Shown: piece after piece, positions 40,975 through 45,608 of the stretch | Position numbering within the stretch: position 1 is the stretch's first letter | How the letters are laid out: each line of letters begins with the position of its first letter | Virus record (IMG/VR): IMGVR_UViG_3300022917_000004 | Coordinates: 1 to 45,608 of that record | Length of the DNA: 45,608 nt | Reading direction: 5' to 3' (one strand) | Source of the DNA: a virus | Position numbers and translations under genes: made by a program | The notes under the pieces: generated by a model | Told to the model about the DNA's origin: nothing | Database searches by the model: none | The model's input: only the letters and a program-made list of their open reading frames with translations

Positions 40975-41393
40975 CCGAGCACGTTCGCACATTCGAGACG
41001 GGCGCAAACCGCGATCTCGATACGACCAAGCTCGACTACGAGGGTTTCTTTTCGCCAGAGGTACTCCGCGCGTTCGCCATCTACATGGATTTCAACCGCC
41101 ACTTACCAGACGGCACGCGACGCGATTCCGACAACTGGCAAAAGGGCATCCCACTCGACGTCTACATGAAGTCGTTGTCGCGGCATTTCATGGACGCTTG
41201 GCTGGCGCATCGCGACTACCCGATCAGCGAAGGCCGCGTCTGGGCGCTGCTGGGCTTGATGTTCAACACGATGGGCTACCTCCACGAATTTATGAAGGCG
41301 CATCCGTCTGCATTGCCGCTCGCGTTGTCTGCGGCGCACGGCCGCCGCGTCGACGACCCCCGCTGGAAAAAGACCGAGGAGTCTGAGCCGTGA
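40971..41393 (+). CDS. DUF5664-like protein (dATP/dGTP diphosphohydrolase N-terminal domain family)
   Basis: FETGANRD...KLDYEGFFSPEVLRAFAIYM...DSDNWQKGIP...SLSRHFMDAW. Confidence 0.5.
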   Translation: MTEHVRTFETGANRDLDTTKLDYEGFFSPEVLRAFAIYMDFNRHLPDGTRRDSDNWQKGIPLDVYMKSLSRHFMDAWLAHRDYPISEGRVWALLGLMFNTMGYLHEFMKAHPSALPLALSAAHGRRVDDPRWKKTEESEP

Positions 41394-41575
41394 ATCAAAA
41401 GCCACGTCCGAGGCCCGCGAAGCTAATCCGCTGCTCGATCTGCTTTGGAGAGCTTGGAGACCCTTGGGGCAACAACGCGGAGCCGGTCAACGCCGGTCGC
41501 TGCTGCGCCAACTGCAACTTTCGCGTGGTGATACCCGCGCGCATCAGGATCGTTACCAACCGAGCGAGGAAATAA
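41390..41575 (+). CDS. Small zinc-ribbon protein, 61 aa
   Basis: CSIC...CCANC; GTGA overlap with the upstream gene. Confidence 0.5.
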   Translation: MNQKPRPRPAKLIRCSICFGELGDPWGNNAEPVNAGRCCANCNFRVVIPARIRIVTNRARK

Positions 41576-41577
41576 CC

Positions 41578-41943
41578 GTGTCCTACTACATGCCGTCTGT
41601 GGCCTACGTCGCGCGTGCGCTCCAACGCATCGGTGCCGATACCGATTGGGACGAGGCTACGTCCGAAGAACAGAACGCCCACATGGCCGTGGCACGCGTC
41701 GCCATCGACGCCATCCAAAGCTGGCAGCGGTCTCATAAGCCGAGCGGTCTGCAACGCTATCGCTGCGAGCCGACGAAGTCGGACAAGAGTGAGCTGCTGG
41801 GCTGGGCAATCCACGACATGAATGAGGGCGGTCTGACCAACCGGCTTGGCATCGTTCACGACCCGCTGCTGGCGCAGCAAATCATTGACGACTTGAACGG
41901 TCGCGAAGACGCACAACAGGCGAAGAAAGAGCCGACCCCGTGA
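41578..41943 (+). CDS. Hypothetical protein, 121 aa
   Basis: GTG 41578 preceded by GAGGA with a 7-nt spacer. Confidence 0.5.
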   Translation: MSYYMPSVAYVARALQRIGADTDWDEATSEEQNAHMAVARVAIDAIQSWQRSHKPSGLQRYRCEPTKSDKSELLGWAIHDMNEGGLTNRLGIVHDPLLAQQIIDDLNGREDAQQAKKEPTP

Positions 41944-42269
41944 GCCGTCTGCCGCCAGATATTTTCGAGCCGCTCACGCGGGCGAGACGGGGCGATCCTG
42001 AAACGTCTCTTGAAGCGGCGGAAGGTATCGCGCCTCGGATGAATGCGCTGCGTCAGGTCGTATTGAATCATTTCGCAGTGCGTGGCGACATGACCGATCT
42101 GCAACTGCAAATTCTCTGCGCCAACCACGGGGCTACCTTTCGCACGCGGCGCGCTGAGCTTGTGCAAATGGGTCTTATACGAGATTCCGGCAGGCGCACC
42201 GTACAGCTCAAACGCAACCGCATCATCTGGACGCTCACGCAACTTGGCCGGGAGGCTGCTAAACCGTGA
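41940..42269 (+). CDS. Winged-helix (MarR-like) DNA-binding protein, 109 aa
   Basis: ...QVVLNHFAVRGDMTDLQLQILC...RRAELVQMGLIRDSG...; GTGA overlaps on both sides. Confidence 0.5.
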   Translation: MSRLPPDIFEPLTRARRGDPETSLEAAEGIAPRMNALRQVVLNHFAVRGDMTDLQLQILCANHGATFRTRRAELVQMGLIRDSGRRTVQLKRNRIIWTLTQLGREAAKP

Positions 42270-44257
42270 GCGTCGATTGCCATATCGACCTTGAAACGCG
42301 TTCCGCCGTCGATCTGCGAAAGACGGGCGTACACGTCTACGCCGAAGATCCCACGACCGACGTGTGGTGCGCCTGCTACGCGTTCGACGATGGCCCGATA
42401 AAGACGTGGATGCCTGGCGAACCATGTCCGACAGAGATCGTCGCGCACGTTCTCAAGGGTGGCCGGTTTTGGGCGCACAACGCTGCGTTCGAGCGAACCC
42501 TTTGGGCGAGCGTCTTGCACCTACGCTACGGCTGGCCGTTGCCCGCACCAGAACAGTGGGACTGCACGATGGCGCGGGCCTACTGCATGGCGCTGCCCGG
42601 CTCGCTCGATAGCGCGTCTGCGGCGCTGGGCATCAACGAAGCGAAAGACCCGGCTGGCTACCGGACCATGCTCCGCATGTCCAAGCCGCGTCGCTACGAG
42701 GAAGACGGTTCGCCGGTCTGGTGGGATGACCCGCCCCGCGTCGCGCAGCTCGTCGCCTACTGCGGCCAGGACGTGGTCGTGGAGCGCGCACTACACGCCC
42801 GTCTGATGGATCTGCGTCCGCTGGAAAGGTTGATCTGGCTGCTCGACCAGAAGATCAACGACCGCGGGGTCTACGTAGATCGCGCGCTATGCGAGGCGGC
42901 CAAGCCGATCATTCGAGACACGCTGCTCAAGCTCAACGCCGAAATGCGGAGCGTCTCGAAAGGGTTTATTCCGAGCTGCGACGCGGTCGCCAAGATCGTG
43001 GAGTTCTGCCAGCACCGTGGCGTCGACGCGGACTCGATACGCCGCGACGAAGTCGCGGAGCTGCTGTCGCAAGAGCTTCCGTCCGATGTGAGACGGGTTT
43101 TGGAATTACGCGCCGAAGCTGGCAAAGCAGCCGTCAAGAAAATCGACGCGCTGCTGCTGGGCTGTTCGAAAGACGGCCGCGCCAAAGGGCTTCTGGCGTA
43201 TCACGGAGCGTCTACGGGAAGATGGAGCGCAAGGCGCTTTCAGCCGCAGAACCTCAAAAGACCAAAAGACAAATCGCAAGAGAGCTTGATCCCGATTGTC
43301 ATGACCGGGTCGGCCAGCGCCGTGGAGCTTTTGGCCGGGCCTCCTTTGGAAGTAGTAGGCGATGTCATCAGGGGCATGATTACGGCTGCGCCCGGCGCGA
43401 TGCTGTTTGCGGCGGATTTCGCCAGCATCGAGTCTCGGGTGCTCGCGTGGCTGGCTGGCGAGCAGTGGAAGGTTAAAGCGTTCGAAGAATTTGACCGTGG
43501 CGGGGGCGCGGATATGTACCGCCAGACCTACGCCCGCGCGTTTGGTGTCTCGGTCAACAGCGTGAACGGCGATCAAAGAACTATCGGGAAGGTCTTGGAT
43601 CTTTCCCTTGGTTTTCAGGGAGGACAGCGGGCGCTCCAGTCGATGGCCAAGATTTATGGTATAGAGATCGAAGACGACCGCGCCGACGAGCTTAAAACAG
43701 CCTGGCGTGACGCACATCAGAACATAAAACAGTTTTGGTACGACGTCGAAGACGCGGCACTGCGCGCAGTAGGCAATCCCGGCAAAACCAAGCACTGCGA
43801 TAAGCTCGCGTTCAAGACCGCTGGGAGTTTCTTGTTCATGCGCCTCCCAAGCGGGAGAGCGATCACATATCCCTACCCCAAGCTCAAAGAGATCAAGACG
43901 CCGTGGGGCAGCACGAAGCTGTCGCTCACGTATAAATCCGTTATCAGTCCAGCCAACACCAAGCGCATCGTCAAAGACGACCTCAACTCGTCGAATTGGG
44001 CGCGGATCTCAACTTACGGCGGCTCGCTGGTGGAGAACGCCACGCAGGCGGTGGCGCGCGACGTCATGGCCGAAGCGATGCTGCGTGTAGACGCCGCAGG
44101 CTACCCGCCCGTCCTTACAATTCACGATGAAGTTGTCAGCGAGCGTGCTGGCGGCAGCGTCGCTGAGTTTGAGGATCTTATGGTGCAACCGCCCGCGTGG
44201 GCCGGTGGTCTCCCAATCGCCGCAGAGGCGTGGAGCGGGCCACGGTATCGGAAATGA
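42266..44257 (+). CDS. Family A DNA polymerase with 3'-5' exonuclease domain, 663 aa
   Basis: Exo I IDLETRS; motif A FAADFASIESRVLAWL; motif B RTIGKVLDLSLGFQGG; motif C LTIHDEVV. Confidence 0.9.
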   Translation: MSVDCHIDLETRSAVDLRKTGVHVYAEDPTTDVWCACYAFDDGPIKTWMPGEPCPTEIVAHVLKGGRFWAHNAAFERTLWASVLHLRYGWPLPAPEQWDCTMARAYCMALPGSLDSASAALGINEAKDPAGYRTMLRMSKPRRYEEDGSPVWWDDPPRVAQLVAYCGQDVVVERALHARLMDLRPLERLIWLLDQKINDRGVYVDRALCEAAKPIIRDTLLKLNAEMRSVSKGFIPSCDAVAKIVEFCQHRGVDADSIRRDEVAELLSQELPSDVRRVLELRAEAGKAAVKKIDALLLGCSKDGRAKGLLAYHGASTGRWSARRFQPQNLKRPKDKSQESLIPIVMTGSASAVELLAGPPLEVVGDVIRGMITAAPGAMLFAADFASIESRVLAWLAGEQWKVKAFEEFDRGGGADMYRQTYARAFGVSVNSVNGDQRTIGKVLDLSLGFQGGQRALQSMAKIYGIEIEDDRADELKTAWRDAHQNIKQFWYDVEDAALRAVGNPGKTKHCDKLAFKTAGSFLFMRLPSGRAITYPYPKLKEIKTPWGSTKLSLTYKSVISPANTKRIVKDDLNSSNWARISTYGGSLVENATQAVARDVMAEAMLRVDAAGYPPVLTIHDEVVSERAGGSVAEFEDLMVQPPAWAGGLPIAAEAWSGPRYRK

Positions 44258-44757
44258 GGTGTGATGTGGCGTTGACCGCGAAACGGCTGAAAAACCTGCT
44301 GAGCTACGATCCGAAAACCGGCGTCTTTTGTTGGATAAAAAGACGCGGGAGCAACGCGCCCGCTGGGTCGGTAGCTGGTTGCATTACGCGGCGCGGCTAC
44401 CGAGTCATTATGATCGACCACTACCAGCACTTGGCGCACCGCCTTGCGTGGTTGCACACGCATGGCCGCTGGCCTGCGAACCAGATCGACCACATCAACC
44501 GAGATTGCGCGGACAATCGTTTAGTAAATCTCCGCGAAGCGACCCCCGCACAGAACAAAGCGAATAGCCCCGCACCAGCGCACAACACTTCTGGCCTAAA
44601 AGGCGCGCAATTCGTCTCCCACGTAAACCGATGGCAGGCGGCCATAGTTGTCGCCGGGCGTCGCAAATATCTCGGTCGTTTTGCCACCGCCGAACAAGCC
44701 CACGCCGCCTACTGCCGCGCGGCCAAAGAGCATTTTGGCGAATTTGCCAGAGTCTGA
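44254..44757 (+). CDS. HNH homing endonuclease (HNH_3 plus AP2-like DNA-binding domain), 167 aa
   Basis: HRLAWLHTHGRWPANQIDHINRDCADNRLVNLREATPAQN; ...RWQAAIVVAGRRKYLGRFATAEQAHAAY; ATGA overlap with the polymerase stop. Confidence 0.85.
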   Translation: MRCDVALTAKRLKNLLSYDPKTGVFCWIKRRGSNAPAGSVAGCITRRGYRVIMIDHYQHLAHRLAWLHTHGRWPANQIDHINRDCADNRLVNLREATPAQNKANSPAPAHNTSGLKGAQFVSHVNRWQAAIVVAGRRKYLGRFATAEQAHAAYCRAAKEHFGEFARV

Positions 44758-44776
44758 AAACAGAGGAACGAAAAAT

Positions 44777-45130
44777 ATGAACACCAAAAACGGTAACGGA
44801 ACGCCAACACCAGATCTGCCAGAAGACCGCAAAGCAGCCGTCCAGTACGGGCTTGAGCAGTTTCAGGTAATCGCGTCCGAGCGTGACGTTTTGCAGCGTG
44901 AGAATTTCGCGCTCAAGTCGGACATTGCTGGTCTCAAAGTGGCGCTCGAAGCACAGACGACGCAAATGTCCGAAATGGAATCGCGCGTCGCCACCGCGAT
45001 GCTGACAAAAGACCAAGCGTTGGCCGAGCGCATCAAATACGAGGGGCTTTTCGTCGCGATCTTCGCGCAACTCCGCGCTTTCCAAGTACCGGCTGCGCCG
45101 CTGATTAAAGACGCGGACGAGGCGCAGTAA
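44777..45130 (+). CDS. Coiled-coil protein, 117 aa
   Basis: Internal ATG 44777 preceded by GAGGAA; heptad-like sequence. Confidence 0.55.
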   Translation: MNTKNGNGTPTPDLPEDRKAAVQYGLEQFQVIASERDVLQRENFALKSDIAGLKVALEAQTTQMSEMESRVATAMLTKDQALAERIKYEGLFVAIFAQLRAFQVPAAPLIKDADEAQ

Positions 45131-45337
45131 GTGGACCCGCATAAAACGATCTGGCTACAGCCTTCGTGCCAAGCCTGTGCCGCGGAGGATCGTTCATGGT
45201 GTCAAGATAACGTGTGGGAGGGTGGCTGCGAGGAATGTGGAACGATGCCGGTCAAGTATGTTCTGGCTCCAGACCAACCCGCAGGCGCGGCCAAACTTGG
45301 TGAGTTACCGAAGACGCCTGCGGAGGACGGGAAATGA
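45131..45337 (+). CDS. Cys-rich small protein, 68 aa
   Basis: GTG start directly after the previous stop; CQAC...C...CEEC. Confidence 0.5.
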   Translation: MDPHKTIWLQPSCQACAAEDRSWCQDNVWEGGCEECGTMPVKYVLAPDQPAGAAKLGELPKTPAEDGK

Positions 45338-45519
45338 ACATTACGAAGGCAGAGCGCGACGTGCTGAACGATCTGCAAGCCGCCGCCATGCGGTCAATGC
45401 GATCCAAGCCAACGCTCAGAGTGTTGTCCGGTCTAGCGGATAAGGGGCTGATCGAGTTTGACCCGTTTTCCGGGACCGCGAAGCTCACCACCGAAGGCGC
45501 GGGCCAAGTAGAGACATAA
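45334..45519 (+). CDS. Small winged-helix-like protein, 61 aa
   Basis: ATGA overlap; ...LTKAE-like ITKAERDVLNDL...LSGLADKGLIEF...LTTEG. Confidence 0.45.
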   Translation: MNITKAERDVLNDLQAAAMRSMRSKPTLRVLSGLADKGLIEFDPFSGTAKLTTEGAGQVET

Positions 45520-45530
45520 CCGAGGACGCT

Positions 45531-45608
45531 ATGAACCTGTTTCGACCACGCTACAAACGATATGCGCCGTGGCCCGTGGTGCTGTGGTGCCGCCTCCGCA
45601 AGCACCCC
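45531..45608 (+). CDS. 5' part of the junction-spanning 48-aa Cys-rich ORF (continues at 51..119)
   Basis: ATG 45531 in the context CGAGGACGCTATG; open to the end of the window. Confidence 0.5.
   Translation, partial: MNLFRPRYKRYAPWPVVLWCRLRKHP
45559..45608 (+). repeat. Terminal direct repeat, copy B (identical to 1..50)
   Basis: Exact 50/50 match to the window start by direct comparison. Confidence 0.95.

Larger units (their letters stand above)
1..45608. mobile_element. Complete circularly closed genome of a temperate podovirus-like dsDNA phage (excised prophage or circular assembly); unique length about 45,558 bp
   Basis: Integrase, repressor and Xis-like module; full packaging, virion, lysis and replication modules; identical 50-nt ends with an ORF reading across the junction. 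Confidence 0.8.

Overview
The window is a complete, circularly closed genome of a GC-rich temperate dsDNA phage or excised prophage. The first 50 nt (1..50) are identical to the last 50 nt (45559..45608), giving about 45,558 bp of unique sequence, and a small ORF reads across that junction.

Layout:
- **Late operon (minus strand, 28954 down to 3852):** terS-like gene, a 455-bp non-coding gap, SLT transglycosylase, a 1254-aa tail fibre, terL, portal, scaffold, major capsid, an adaptor/nozzle-like pair, five consecutive internal-virion-like genes, a single-TM protein and a GH19 endolysin.
- **Lysogeny module (minus strand, 3612 down to 1930):** XRE repressor, Xis-like HTH protein and tyrosine integrase, followed by a candidate attP at 1677..1929.
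- **Early operon A (plus strand, 29089..32173):** CobS-like AAA+ ATPase, a CobT/vWA-like partner and three mini membrane ORFs, ending in a terminator.
- **Leftward early unit (minus strand, 35618 down to 32431):** primase-polymerase/helicase, an iteron array and two hypothetical genes.
- **Early operon B (plus strand, 35834 across the junction to 1676):** RuvC-like resolvase, DUF2800 nuclease, DUF2815 SSB, an NDT-like protein, a DUF5664-like protein, family A DNA polymerase, an HNH endonuclease, DUF551 and a lipoprotein.

The gene order looks podovirus-like. I saw no tape measure, chaperone, sheath or tube set and no phage RNA polymerase.

Most interesting observations:
1. terL carries a 265-codon intein. 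Its homing endonuclease (T4 endonuclease VII family) is a separate ORF in a different reading frame of the same strand, filling the linker between the two splicing halves.
2. Ten copies of TGTCACG(C) lie within 216 bp next to the primase/helicase gene.
3. Paired CGCGGCA repeats flank the putative attP.
4. Lysis-type functions are scattered around the genome, including a protein with unimolecular-spanin topology.
5. Several structured non-coding gaps are not explained by the coding features.

All family assignments come from motif recognition by eye. No database search was run.
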